The translations under genes and the position numbers were made by a program. 64,000 bases of DNA from Owenia fusiformis. Its lineage: Eukaryota. The notes below the pieces were generated by a model. That model searched no databases and was not told the DNA's origin. It was given only the letters and a program-made list of their open reading frames with translations. The stretch covers positions 1,984,001 to 2,048,000 of the forward strand of contig CAIIXF020000001.1 of the NCBI GenBank assembly GCA_903813345.2. The letters run 5' to 3'. Of the stretch, positions 1 through 14,199 are shown one piece after another. The first letter of the stretch is position 1, and every line of letters starts with the position of its first letter.

Positions 1-715
1 GTGGTTTGCCTTCTTTTATGTTTGAAACAGTTAAGATCTTCATCTCTTTTTGTTTATCGTGAATTTTAAATTACTAAAACCATTAAACACTTCTGGTCAG
101 TTTTTCAAGTTGAAGAAAACAAAAACAACAAATATGATTCTCTGTCAGTTATTTCCAAAAACTAAAACCAAATATTTTTTTTATTTTTTACTTTCAAGAA
201 ACATATGGTGAATTATGTAACGCAATAAATTAGTCATAAAAGTGCCATATTTCACCTTGGTTTTATTACACATAGAAAGCAATATCCCTTTTAATTTATT
301 TGGTACCCAATGATTTTCTTGATAGGATGGAAGCAGTTTGAAATAAATCAATTAAATTACAGATTTAGATGGCCAACCAAACAAAGAATTTTTCAAAATG
401 GGTATTTGGATCATCATATGAAAAGGAAGCGAATGCTTGATTTATTTATGTATTGTCAAAACTAACCAAGATTTATCTTCTGTGTTATTTGAATTTCGCT
501 TTTATCATGCTGCCGCTTTGAGAAGATCATGAATGGTGAATTCATTTGGGCAGAGCTTATGCAATTTTTTGACAGCTGAAAAAATTGATGGTTTTTCTGT
601 GCTTTTATTGGCATCATGTCAGTAACCTTTTCAACTCTACTAGCTAGAATGTCATTTTCTGTATATTCAAGGAAGAGTTTTTGTAATTGTTGACATGAGG
701 TATATTATTTATATG

Positions 716-1084
716 TTTTAATCAAAATAATAATAAATGTTTTAGTTTCATTTTTCAGGAGTTTGAAAGAAGTTTAAAAAGATAGCACTCTTATGTGCTT
801 TCAAAAATGAATTTAATTTACAACATATTGTTTAGTATATATATCAAATATGTGTTAATTATTTTTTATAATAATGAAGATGAATGTTTCAGGTTTTAAT
901 ACTTTAATTTAAAAAGTAAAATGGCATAGTAAAAGGAAATGTTCCTTTCTTGTTGGAGCCAAAGAAGTGTTCATTTTAATCAAAAAAATAAATATAGATA
1001 TTTTAGATTTCAATAATTTGAAAGGAGTTAAAAACATAGTAAAATGACAGGTCCCTGTTTTGTTTGTTCCAAAGAAGTGTTCAT
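716..1084. repeat. Degenerate ~110-bp tandem duplication
   Basis: catagtaaaa...ccaaagaagtgttcat at about 925-974 and 1036-1084; ttttaatcaaaa...tttgaaag(a/g)agtt at about 716-780 and 974-1035. Confidence 0.55.
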
Positions 1085-2555
1085 CCCAAAATATAGGGGG
1101 CAGTTATGTTGGTTGTAATGGGATCTGAAGGGTGTTATGCAAGATTTGATCCAGGGGAAAAAAGATACCAGTCAAAGAGGTCAGAAGGGCAAGCATGATG
1201 AGCAAAACCTGCAGGCGGCTGTACTGAATTAGCCTCATTTGAAGCAGTCATCTAGTCTAAGAATAGAAAACAGGATTTTAAAGATTTTAATTTCATTTGG
1301 GGTGTGTCTAATCTATCTATAAATCAAAGTTCTGATAATTGTGCAAAACTACTGAAAGAGATGGGTTCATTTTATTTATAGCGTGTGTGTTTTCGTGGTG
1401 GAAACAGTTTTATGAAATCATAATACAATCAACCTGTTTATGTGTGTGATGTCCATGATAAGAAACAATAATTCCAACCTTTATTTTCAAATTGTTACAA
1501 ATTATTACTCTCTATCATGCAGAAATCAGCCACATTTTTCCAAATTAATGTCTTAGTTCGTAGCCACATTTGAAGAATCATATTTTCTGTATCTCCAGGC
1601 ATTACTCTGTCATGTTTATAATTTAACTTTAATTCAGGGAACGCTGCTGTCAATTCAGATATAAAATGAAAGACTTGGTTTGCATATAAAACCCCAAAAT
1701 AAGCGGAATGAGGAATGTGGTTATATGCTCTATTGTAATAAAAGATTCGTTCGCATTTCATTTTTTACCGTTATTCTTTCTGGAAGACCACAATAGTCGT
1801 ATGTTTCAATGGCAGATGTTGGGTTTTTGCATAAGAAAAAACTGCTTAAATTCCCTTTAAGTTGTGGTTGTTTGAGAAATCAAATTGAAAAAATAATATG
1901 GGGTCCTTCTGGTCCCTGCAAATCCCACTTGGACAGTATGATTAACGACTTCCCTTGGGTTTTCTTTTTAAGCCCACATTGAGTAACTAGCCATCATATC
2001 TTTCAAAATTGAATTTTAATGGTTTGGTTTTTGTAATCCGAGCTTCATTAACAGTGTGCCCAAAACACTGCACTTTGAGCTTTCTCAAGAAAATGGGATT
2101 AAAAATACATTTATTACTATTTGGCATAACTAATATGTTCAGCTTATCTTCATAAAAAATGATTTTCCTATACTTTTTTTATACAAATGGATCAACATAA
2201 TCTTTACAGATTAATAACTGAGCATGTATAGCACATCCTAAAAGATAGATAAAATGTTCCTAGAACCAGTCTAAAAGATCTGGAGATATCCAGAAATCAC
2301 TTAGATTTCTCCACTCAAAATTTCTTAAGAAATTCCATTTTCAATTACTAACTTTTGAGATGGTACCTGTGTGTTATTGAAAAAGAGATCTAAAAAGTCA
2401 TTGAAATCAGATGAATCATTCTTTATTGTGTTATATAACACGCATGTAGCATATCGCACAAAATTGAAGAATTGTCAAAGAGATATTGAATAGCGTCACC
2501 TGCTCTGTTGGCCTGGTAGACAGGCCTATTGTCTGATGGAATAATTCTCAATAAC

Positions 2556-5500
2556 TGACCCACCTGGACATGTCTGACAGGGGAAAGGACTCGGGTAAGG
2601 GGTGAGGCTACCCTTTGTAAGAGCTTCACTCAATCTCCACTCTTTGACCCACCTGGTCATGTCTGACAGGGGAAAGGACTCGGGTAAGGGGTGAGGCTAC
2701 CCTTTGTAAGAGCTTCACTCAATCTCCACTCTCTGACCCACCTGGTCATGTCTGACAGGGGAAAGGATTTGGGTAAGGGGTGAGGCTACCCTTTGTAAGA
2801 GCTTCACTCAATCTCCACTCTTTGACCCACCTGGTCATGTCTGACAGGGGAAAGGACTTGGGTAAGGGGTGAGGCTACCCTTTGTAAGAGCTTCACTCAA
2901 TCTCCACTCTTTGACCCACCTGGTCATGTCTAACAGGGGAAAGGACATGGGTGAGGGGTGAGGCTACCCTTTGTGAGAGCTTCACTCAATCTCCACTCTT
3001 TGACCCACCTGGTCATGTCTGACAGGGGAAAGGATTTGGGTAAGGGGTGAGGCTACCCTTTGTAAGAGATTCACTCAATCTCCACTCTTTGACCCACCTG
3101 GTCATGTCTGACAGGGGAAAGGACTTGGGTAAGGGGTGAGGCTACCCTTTGTAAGAGCTTCACTCAATCTCCACTCTTTGACCCACCTGGACATGTCTGA
3201 CAGGGGAAAGGATTTGGGTAAGGGGTGAGGCTACCCTTTGTAAGAGCTTCACTCAATCTCCACTCTTTGACCCACCTGGTCATGTCTGACAGGGGAAAGG
3301 ATTTGGGTAAGGGGTGAGGCTACCCTTTGTAAGAGCTTCACTCAATCTCCACTCTCTGACCCACCTGGACATGTCTGACAGGGGAAAGGACTTGGGTAAG
3401 GGGTGAGGCTACCCTTTGTGAGAGCTTCACTCAATCTCCACTCTTTGACCCACCTGGTCATGTCTGACAGGGGAAAGGATTTGGGTAAGGGGTGAGGCTA
3501 CCCTTTGTAAGAGCTTCACTCAATCTCCACTCTTTGACCCACCTGGTCATGTCTGACAGGGGAAAGGACTTGGGTAAGGGGTGAGGCTACCCTTTGTAAG
3601 AGCTTCACTCAATCTCCACTCTTTGACCCACCTGGTCATGTCTAACAGGGGAAAGGACATGGGTGAGGGGTGAGGCTACCCTTTGTGAGAGCTTCACTCA
3701 ATCTCCACTCTTTGACCCACCTGGTCATGTCTGACAGGGGAAAGGATTTGGGTAAGGGGTGAGGCTACCCTTTGTAAGAGCTTCACTCAATCTCCACTCT
3801 TTGACCCACCTGGTCATGTCTGACAGGGGAAAGGACTTGGGTAAGGGGTGAGGCTACCCTTTGTAAGAGCTTCACTCAATCTCCACTCTTTGACCCACCT
3901 GGACATGTCTGACAGGGGAAAGGATTTGGGTAAGGGGTGAGGCTACTCTTTGTAAGAGCTTCACTCAATCTCCACTCTTTGACCCACCTGGTCATGTCTG
4001 ACAGGGGAAAGGATTTGGGTAAGGGGTGAGGCTACCCTTTGTAAGAGCTTCACTCAATCTCCACTCTTTGACCCACCTGGTCATGTCTGACAGGGGAAAG
4101 GACTTGGGTAAGGGGTGAGGCTACCCTTTGTAAGAGCTTCACTCAATCTCCACTCTTTGACCCACCTGGTCATGTCTGACAGGGGAAAGGACATGGGTAA
4201 GGGGTGAGGCTACCCTTTGTAAGAGCTTCACTCAATCTCCACTCTTTGACCCACCTGGTCATGTCTGACAGGGGAAAGGACTTGGGTAAGGGGTGAGGCT
4301 ACCCTTTGTAAGAGCTTCACTCAATCTCCACTCTTTGACCCACCTGGTCATGTCTGACAGGGGAAAGGACATGGGTAAGGGGTGAGGCTACCCTTTGTAA
4401 GAGCTTCACTCAATCTCCACTCTTTGACCCACCTGGTCATGTCTGACAGGGGAAAGGACTTGGGTAAGGGGTGAGGCTACTCTTTGTAAGAGCTTCTCTC
4501 AATCTCCACTCTCTGACCCACCTGGTCATGTCTGACAGGGGAAAGGACATGGGTAAGGGGTGAGGCTACCCTTTGTAAGAGCTTCTCTCAATCTCCACTC
4601 TTTGACCCACCTGATCATGTCTGACAGGGGAAAGGACATGGGTAAGGGGTGAGGCTACTCTTTGTAAGAGCTTCACTCAATCTCCACTCTCTGACCCACC
4701 TGGACATGTCTGACAGGGGAAAGGACATGGGTAAGGGGTGAGGCTACCCTTTGTAAGAGCTTCACTCAATCTCCACTCTCTGACCCACCTGGACGTGTCT
4801 GACAGGGGAAAGAACATGGGTAAGGGGTGAGGCTACCCTTTGTAAGAGCTTCACTCAATCTCCACTCTCTGACTTACCTGGACATGTCTGACAGGGGAAA
4901 GGACATTGGTAAGGGGTGAGGCTACCCTTTGTAAGAGCTTCACTCAATCTCCACTCTTTGACCCACCTGGTCATGTCTGACAGGGGAAAGGATTTGGGTA
5001 AGGGGTGAGGCTACCCTTTGTAAGAGCTTCACTCAATCTCCACTCTTTGACCCACCTGGTCATGTCTGACAGGGGAAAGGACTTGGGTAAGGGGTGAGGC
5101 TACCCTTTGTAAGAGCTTCACTCAATCTCCACTCTTTGACCCACCTGGTCATGTCTGACAGGGGAAAGGACATGGGTAAGGGGTGAGGCTACCCTTTGTA
5201 AGAGCTTCACTCAATCTCCACTCTTTGACCCACCTGGTCATGTCTGACAGGGGAAAGGACTTGGGTAAGGGGTGAGGCTACCCTTTGTAAGAGCTTCACT
5301 CAATCTCCACTCTTTGACCCACCTGGTCATGTCTGACAGGGGAAAGGACATGGGTAAGGGGTGAGGCTACCCTTTGTAAGAGCTTCACTCAATCTCCACT
5401 CTTTGACCCACCTGGTCATGTCTGACAGGGGAAAGGACTTGGGTAAGGGGTGAGGCTACTCTTTGTAAGAGCTTCTCTCAATCTCCACTCTCTGACCCAC

Positions 5501-6204
5501 CTGGTCATGTCTGACAGGGGAAAGGACATGGGTAAGGGGTGAGGCTACCCTTTGTAAGAGCTTCTCTCAATCTCCACTCTTTGACCCACCTGATCATGTC
5601 TGACAGGGGAAAGGACATGGGTAAGGGGTGAGGCTACTCTTTGTAAGAGCTTCACTCAATCTCCACTCTCTGACCCACCTGGACATGTCTGACAGGGGAA
5701 AGGACATGGGTAAGGGGTGAGGCTACCCTTTGTAAGAGCTTCACTCAATCTCCACTCTCTGACCCACCTGGACGTGTCTGACAGGGGAAAGAACATGGGT
5801 AAGGGGTGAGGCTACCCTTTGTAAGAGCTTCACTCAATCTCCACTCTCTGACTTACCTGGACATGTCTGACAGGGGAAAGGACATTGGTAAGGGGTGAGG
5901 CTACCCTTTGTAAGAGCTTCACTCAATCTCCACTCTCTGACCCACCTGGACATGTCTGACAGGGGAAAGGACATGGGTTAGGGGTGAGGCTACCCTTTGT
6001 AAGAGCTTCACTCAATCTCCACTCTTTGACCCACCTGGACATGTCTGACAGGGGAAAGGACATGGGTGAGGGGTGAGGCTACCCTTTGTAAGAGCTTCAC
6101 TCAATCTCTACTCTTTGAACCATCTGGTCATGTCTGACAGGGGAAAGGACATGGGTAAGGGGTGAGGCTACCCTTTGTAAGAGCTTCACTCAATCTCCAC
6201 TCTT
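2556..6204. repeat. Tandem satellite/minisatellite, 89-bp unit x 41 copies
   Basis: Unit TGACCCACCTGGTCATGTCTGACAGGGGAAAGGACTTGGGTAAGGGGTGAGGCTACCCTTTGTAAGAGCTTCACTCAATCTCCACTCTT. 3649 bp is exactly 41 x 89; only substitutions seen. Confidence 0.98.
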
Positions 6205-6649
6205 TGATAGAGATCATTTTATAATTCAACATATGGTCAATCAGAAAAAATTATGACATATACTTGTATATCTACTACCTCCAGTGAAACCTCTGTTCAG
6301 GGAACACTCTGTACTGGCTGAAACCATGAACATATAAGTCCATGAAATAATGCTTGGTTCTTAAAAATACTGTTTTCTTATAGAGACAGGTTTTAATTCA
6401 TTATTATAATTTTCAAACTCCCATTAAATATAATGTAAGTTTCATGTAAGACTATTAAGATCATTAATAGTTTAATACTGTAAAATCGTATGTTATACTC
6501 AGAGGCTAGAGTTGATAAGAGTGAGGGTGAGGAGGGCAAGAACTGATGTTTTATAGTTCTATGTATTGTCTATGCTAAGCATGTTATTAAGGAAGAGAAA
6601 CAACTTAAAGTACAAACATTGCTCAGTTAACTTTATTCACATTCAGTTT

Positions 6650-6692
6650 TTTGTTTGTTTATTTGTTTGTTTGCTTGTTTGTTGTTTTGTTT
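6650..6692. repeat. (TTTG)n microsatellite, imperfect
   Basis: ttgtttgtttatttgtttgtttgcttgtttgttgttttgttt. Confidence 0.8.
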
Positions 6693-7722
6693 CATGGCAA
6701 AGCTCTGTCATACCACAATAAACTGTACTGTACTAGAATGGTATATCCCACTGTCTCTTGTCTAGGAGACGATAATTTATCATGAAGAAAAAAGATGAAA
6801 TATTATAGTTTTAGATACATTATCATTCTAAAATAATATTTTTGTCAATAATAAAGGCCAACATCACCAGATGAGAGGGATTGAATAATTTTTGAAAAGA
6901 TCTAATTTCCTTACTCTCTGAGCTAAAGAAATATCTGACAAATAAGTTTATCATACAATAGCAGATGTCTCTCAGACAGATTCATTTCTCAACTGAATCT
7001 GAGAATTACATAATATACAATATTCCTTTCATAAGTGCCACAACATTCAGTTCTAATGTACTTTACTTAAGATTTTGTGTGATAGTTCCTGCTTTCAGTT
7101 AAAGTGTTTATAATGTTGACAATTACAAAAAATTGCTTTGAAAAGGTTCAGAGGGTTGGGGAGGTCGTGACCTCCTGTTTAAGGAAAGACAAATTTTAAG
7201 GCAATTAAGACCAGCAGTTGTCATTATAGAATACATTCAGAGAAAATATATTCCACAATATCTTTAGCAATTAGTTTAGAGGTCTTTGTTGTTATATAGC
7301 AGCTATAGAGAAGGGTCAAGAGATTGGAAAAGAGGGGCGTTCACTCGCTTTCTCATTTTGCCGAAAAAATTACAATCAAGGGGTTGTTTCAATATAACAT
7401 TTAATTGCTTATTAATGCTTATTATTTTATTTTGTTATTTTGTACAGAGAAAACAAATTAAAGAAATCATATGAACAATAATAATTTATTTTAAGTCACT
7501 TTTTATTTATTTAATTAGAACTGGAAGCAAAATGTTCAGCCATGAACATGTTAATGTTGTTTTTAAACATGTTTTGTGTGTCAGGAATGAAATGAGGAAG
7601 CACAAATGGCAACATTTGAAAATTAAAACCATATAAAACTCTATAAATAATCGGGCCAAATGATTTTAATTTAAAACTGTTTTATAATTGTTTTTTACAT
7701 TGACCTGAAATTTTCATCAATC

Positions 7723-7785
7723 AATATATGCAATATATAATACAATGCAATACAATATAATATAATACAATAAAATACTAATATA
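7723..7785. repeat. (AATAY)n pentanucleotide microsatellite, imperfect
   Basis: aatacaatgcaatacaatataatataatacaataaaatac. Confidence 0.75.
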
Positions 7786-10700
7786 AGACCATATTTAAAA
7801 ACATTCTCATAGAAATTATCCTGTTTCTATTTGAAGAGTATCAAATTATGTTTAGGTAGAATATATCTCATCTAAAGCCCCACCTGACATGCCACAACTA
7901 AGAACTTAAATGTTAGAAAAAGATTATATTTATGAGGAGAAACATGTAATTAAGGAAGTGTGTGTCCCCTTATGAGCACTCCATGCATGCTTTAACACCC
8001 ATTCAGATTCTAAGAAAGAATTGTATTTCAATACAAATTAAATGAAAACAATAAGGATTAATAAGGAAATTGCATCAGAATAAAAAATGCTTTTGTAAGC
8101 CTAAAATGAGATGCTTGTATGATTTTTTGGCTTATTTTTTAGGAAATATTGCTTTCTGACACCATGTAAGCATGTTGGTTAGCTAGAGAACATGACATGG
8201 GCCACCAGGATTTACAAAGTCTGCCAATGAGAAGTACATATAGACATTTACATGTACTGTAAATCTGCTTGATTTAGTGTTTATTGCATTAAGTCTTGCG
8301 TCAGGTCTATGTGGTATCACAAAGGTTTGAAGCAAGACTATCCCATGGGTCAGTTCTCTGTTTGCAAGGACATCATTTTTTGAGAGTTTTTTCGTGTTTT
8401 TTTGTGCTAAAAATGGTAAACATGTCAAAGTTGATAATTTTTTGTTGGTGTCTTATATTGGTACAAAATAGATTTACATGTCAGTCATTTAGAAAATCAT
8501 GTGTACTAAAGTATAATGAACACATGCGGCAATAGGAATGAAACATAGTTGAAAACATTATTATAAAATGTAATTAAAAGTTTTTGAATTGAAACAAAAT
8601 GTTTGATTTCATGCCAGAGTGGTCAGTTATTATTGAACATTAGTACATTAGGGAAGTTGATATTTTTCTATGACCAGATGACCTATGGTCATAGAAGTCA
8701 TATATCATGTAGATCATCCCCTATCAAGATGAAAATACTTCATTAAAAATATTAACCATCTAAGCAAATTAAAATCTCATAAAATATCCCATCATCTGTG
8801 TTTCTATGTTCAAAAGCCAACTGTCTATTGCTGATACGGGCAACAAACACATTTATTTCAGAATTGAGCATTCATTATTCATTTAATCTTCTTTCTGATT
8901 AAAATTCTGATCTATTTTAGACAGCAAATTGTCCAGTAAGTCTCATAATTTATATCAGTAGCTCCTGAAACTGTAATTTTGAATGAGAATTATCATAAGA
9001 ATTTGTGCCAATATTTTGTTTAAAAACTTATTAAAAACAAAATGGGTCTCAATAGTGGTAACATTTTTTTAATGAAGGTAATTTTTTATCAAAGTTGTCT
9101 CTGTATTGTGTTAAACCATTTTTTGTAGAGGTGCTTGGATTTTTATGGGGAATCAAGTTTTACAAATTTGAATATCTTTCCCCTGGTATCGTCCACTAAG
9201 ACTCATAATGAGCAGATTATTTCACATAATTTTTCTTTATGCAACTATTATGTAGATGATCTAACACATAAATGCATTAATAGCCATCTATGGTAGATTT
9301 TAATCACTTTATTGAGGTATTCAAGTGGTGTCTTTTCCTCGGTCAAGTGTAAATTGGTTGTTTCTGATGTTTTTATGCAATTACAAAACCAGTAAATAAT
9401 TGTTCATTATGTTCTTAATTGAATGAGTACTTTTAAGACAAAGAGTGCCAGTTAAAGCTGAGGTAAGGAACTTGGTTGAAATATATTGTCTGTACCCTTT
9501 TCAAGCGTTTTAGTATAGACCTTAATTGCACTCTCAAAAAGATATACTCTTGCATTTAGACAGTATTTCCCAATCATTTATTGCATTTTCTGCCTTCAGA
9601 AGTAGCTGGCTTTTATTTCACATTCAAAATCATGTATCAATCCATAACAGCTTCATTTGAGGTTCTTTTCAGCATCAAGATCGTCAAACTGTGTGTCTTC
9701 CTTAGAGGATTGTGGATATTATTCTCTAGGCCTGTCTCAGAGTGATTGTTGCGCAGTTGATACAACCAGAGACATTGACTTGTTCTGGTATCAGATCCTT
9801 TTTTCCCTTTTTCTGAAACAGAGTCAGAATATTTTCAAATGAGTTGAGACCTACAGCATATGTTGTGTTTTGTGGAAGTGATAATACTTAAAAGAAGCGA
9901 GTCAAACCAATTGAAAAGGTATATTAATGATTCTGTTTGAAACAATTTTTTCTGATGTTTAATCCCCCGTGTTTTCAACATTGGATGTTCTTATTTTGTT
10001 AAATAATGATATAGTACTGTATCTTTATCTTGGTGTTATGGTACAAATTCAGTTCCAAAATCAGGGAAAATATGGCATACTGTTTAATTAAACATCTAAT
10101 CACTTTTAATCCTAGCCTAAGGTGAAAATACAATGGCAAGTTCAAATCTCTCTTGACCCCTTTACTGGTCAATTGAAACATAGACATAAGGCTTTTATTA
10201 ATTATCTTTTGAAAAAATCTAAATGACTGAAAATCTCAAAATGACAAGTGGGTCTCTAAGAATAATATGATAATGCTCATTATTGTTTGCTGTAAGAGAT
10301 GTAGCAAATATAAAATTCAATTAATAAATGAAAATAATTATATTGTGCTGTGTTTCTATTATTTTAAACTTCTCGTATGAATGAATCATGATTTATTTTA
10401 TGGAAACTTGTATTCTCTTTCAATTTATTTTCAATTTTTATTTTTCAGTGTTCATATTTTATAATTGCACAGTATAAGGAACACTGAAAATATATATAAT
10501 GCTTTTTTCAAATGAATTGAAACACTACAGATTAACTTCCAAGATGATAAAATAAAAGGAAATAAAAACTCTAAGAATTTTGTTAAAAATAACAGTTTAG
10601 GTTCTGTACTAATTTGAAGAATTTTTTTTTGAATTTTTCTTTTTTTTATTGTTGAAAAATTCTTGTCAAATCATTGAGCTGATCTGTTTTTTCTTTTCAA

Positions 10701-12049
10701 CAATAAGATAATAATAGGATCTTAAACACCATATTCTTTTAATTTTGCATGTTAAAATTGATAGAATCAATTTTTTCTAGCATGCGACCATTGTAGCAAA
10801 AGCATATTTCTAATTATCTTAATAGGCTAAAATATTTACCATAAAAATGACTCCTTATGGTGTACTGAGTATTTGAAACCCAAGCTGGGTAATGTATCCC
10901 TGATGATTTGGCCAGTTTTTTGATTGGATCAGATTGATTAGGGGGAACCATTCAAGAACTCATCATAACACTGAATGATGGCAAAAATTAATGACCAATT
11001 TTTCTTTCTTTAAAGTTTTTGTCGACAACTTTCAGAAGGTATTTGGTAGAAGTTTTTCAATGGTGTATTTTGTTGGGGTACCAGGGAAAGGGTTGTATTT
11101 AAGTTGATTGGTTATAATTAATACTGGAAGAAAGACCATGTGTGGGGGTGAATAAAAGTAACTCTTTTAGAGTTCGGTTTATTTCTCTAATGTTCATTTT
11201 GCATTATTTTGGGGGCCTTTAGGCAGGGTATTGACCCATAGCCTACAATTTTCTGACCCCCAGGGGTCAAGTTATGACCCATGGGTGATAGAGGGTTGAA
11301 CTTTTTTGAACCTTTTTAAGAAAAAGAGAATACATTTTTGACCGGTCCAGGTGGCCCACGCGACTATTGTCAAAAAAGAAGCACAATGTTGCAAACTTCT
11401 AAGTATCACAGCTTGAGAGAGATTGGAGCGTGAACTTAATAGAGAACATTTCATGTTTTCCGATGTTTTAGACAATTAAGCTGCCTCGCTCTCCAACACT
11501 TATGCATTTTAACCGTTTTTTTCAATAGGTCGTAATTTTTGCTGGCCAAAGCTAACAGATGGTGTGGTAACGATAGTGCATTGTAACACACGCATCATGG
11601 TACCTAACACAACCACACTGAAAATATAGCTACCAAAGAACAAAACATTTTATGCATTCCAACACCAAAATTAGAAAAATGTTTTCATAGTGGTTTGCTT
11701 TTTTAAAATGATAAAAATTGCGCTTTTATATTAAAAGTAATCGATCCATGTGTTAATGAGCGTACATGCCGACACACAGGGCGCTTTTGTTTTTCAATCT
11801 TAAAAAATATTTGCGTTTCATTACTATGTTAAATGCATGTTCAAAGGGAAGGATTAAAAACTATTTGTCATTGTTTGATAAATTGCTGTAAATATTGACA
11901 ATATATTTTCTATTGGCACTTAAAAAACATCTTGAGCCCCTTAGGACAATTCAATATAAACACGTTTCCGTTTACTTAGACATTAAAACGATTTAAAATC
12001 TCCTTAATAACAGGTGTCGCATTTAAAAAGGCTTGAAAAAATCTTTTAT

Positions 12050-12272
12050 TAAAAAAGACAGAGGGTCAAAAGAATATCTTTCTTTATAATTGACATGTCT
12101 TTTTCTGTTTTATTATAGGTGTAAAAAGGGTCATAAAAAGAATTAACTTGTTTTCAAAAGAATGCTTGACTCCCCAAGAACGTTAAAAATAGGGTCAAAA
12201 AAGAATCTTTTAAACATTTAGGAGGTGTTCTTTTCCAAATAAAAAAGTCAGTAGGGTCAAAAAAGTTAACAT
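12050..12272. repeat. Periodic motif array AGGGTCA(W)AAAA(A)G with ~64-bp period
   Basis: Motif starts at 12062, 12127, 12191 and 12253 (spacings 65, 64, 62) with divergent intervening sequence. Confidence 0.6.
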
Positions 12273-14199
12273 GCCTGTCAGGAGTACATTAAGAGATGAT
12301 AAAAAGCTTTCTCGTTAGACATCTTAAACTGAGATCTGTTTTAGCTGATAGCGCAATTAATGAAGAGGTTAATTCTAAATTGAGTGTAGGTTTTTATGAA
12401 TTGAAAAAAAATCTTTAAATAATTATTATTTGGTCATTAGTTTACATAGTAATGCCACACAGAAAAATAATACGACAAAAAATGACAATTGTGTGGTCAC
12501 TTTAATTTTGTCTGATTTATAATTTTTCAAGTTTTAATTATTAGATTCAGCCAGTGCATCTTTGATAATTATTTTTAGTTAATCCATCTCAAAAAAAGAT
12601 TAAATCGGACACTTTAATAGGAAATTAATTAGAATTTTGCCTTGTAAAGGTTATTGTGACATTATCAAATAGTAGTCTGTTTAAATCTTATTGTTTTAGA
12701 AATATTGCCGTCACCATAAGTATGAAATTCACCATCTTGTTTAATATAAACCGATTCAATTTAACATTTTATAGCATTGTATTGATTGAATATTCATATT
12801 TATACAATATTTGGTTTATGTCTAATGATACTGAAAACTTGTTTTGATTCTAATTTTGCAAGTATCAATTACATGTACTGTATATAAAGTTATATGTAAA
12901 TATTTGGTATTTAATTAATTACTCCGTATCATATTTATTTTAAGGCTCCAAAAGAGGGAGTTTTCAACAATGGGTAGAATCACCAGGAATTTGCCAACTT
13001 CTTGAACAATGGTTGACCATAACTCCAGTCCCAAATCTTTACAAGTCAAACTTAAGGTAAGATTTTATAATCAAACAAAATCAATTATGTTTTTTTATTT
13101 TTGATAAGATTCTCCATGCCATGTTTTTTTTCATCGAATATAAACTTGATCTCGATCAAAGAATTATGCTTAATTTAGACAAAGTCATGGTTCTGTGAAA
13201 GGTAAATGGAACATTGGATTGGTTTTATACTTTTGAATTAGGTTCTCAAAATCTGGATCTAAAAAGTTTTTGTAAAGCATTATACTCTAAAAGTAGCATT
13301 CCCTTCAAAAACACATCCCTGGACCCAGATGTGTTTCTCACAGGTTTAATCAATAAACCATATGTGTCACGACTATTATGTAATCATTTCCCCGAGAGGG
13401 CCTTCAAAACACAATCTGCAACTTGAGTACCTTCTCATGCTTTGATGTGTTTTGGTATCAACTCACAAAAGTAATGATGAATAGAAATCACTTGTCCAAA
13501 TATTCAATTTCAAAACAAGAAATATTACATTAAAAGGAAATATCCTATTGAAAAGTGTCATTAAACCTTTTCAAAAACTTTATTAAGTTTTGGTCAGTTG
13601 AATAAAATAAAACCATTGGACAAAGAAGTTGGAATTAGGCAGTTTCATGTGTTAACAGTTGATTCTATAGAATGTCTCATAGTTGACAACTCGGTAAATA
13701 TTATTATGCAAGATTTTAAAAAGGCTAGATATTATTTCAAAGATGAATGAAATTGGATGAAACTGAACAAAGAGTTCGGAAAAACAAATATGTATTCAGT
13801 GACCAATATTGACTCTTAGAGTGTTTGAGAATGTGAAAAAATAAATGGTCACTGAATAAGACCGTTATTGTTAAGGATTTAGTGGACCTGCATTTGATTA
13901 TGTGGTCTTGTAATAATAACAACACCAGATGTAGTGGGCCACATACTTCTACAGACACTTTTGGCTGTTGGTAAAATTTAATTATGAAAATCCAAAATGT
14001 AAAGATGAAATGTACCATGAGTTTGTATAACCACACATGCATATGCTCAAAAAATCAATGTTGAAGTCAATCTGACATAATAGATGTGTATTAATGTATC
14101 TCCCCATTATTTGTATGATCAGTTAGGAATGGTCACCTAACTAGTTCAAGAGTTTATCCATTCCACATTGTCAATATAGGGTCAGAAGGCCTACATTCA

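Noticed and set aside
2556-6204. CRISPR array
   Set aside because: Head-to-tail near-identical 89-bp units with no unique spacers, no cas genes, and a eukaryotic context.
12050-12272. CRISPR-like interpretation of the 64-bp periodic motif
   Set aside because: The conserved core is only about 11-15 bp, degenerate and A-rich, with no cas genes. Kept only as a periodic repeat.
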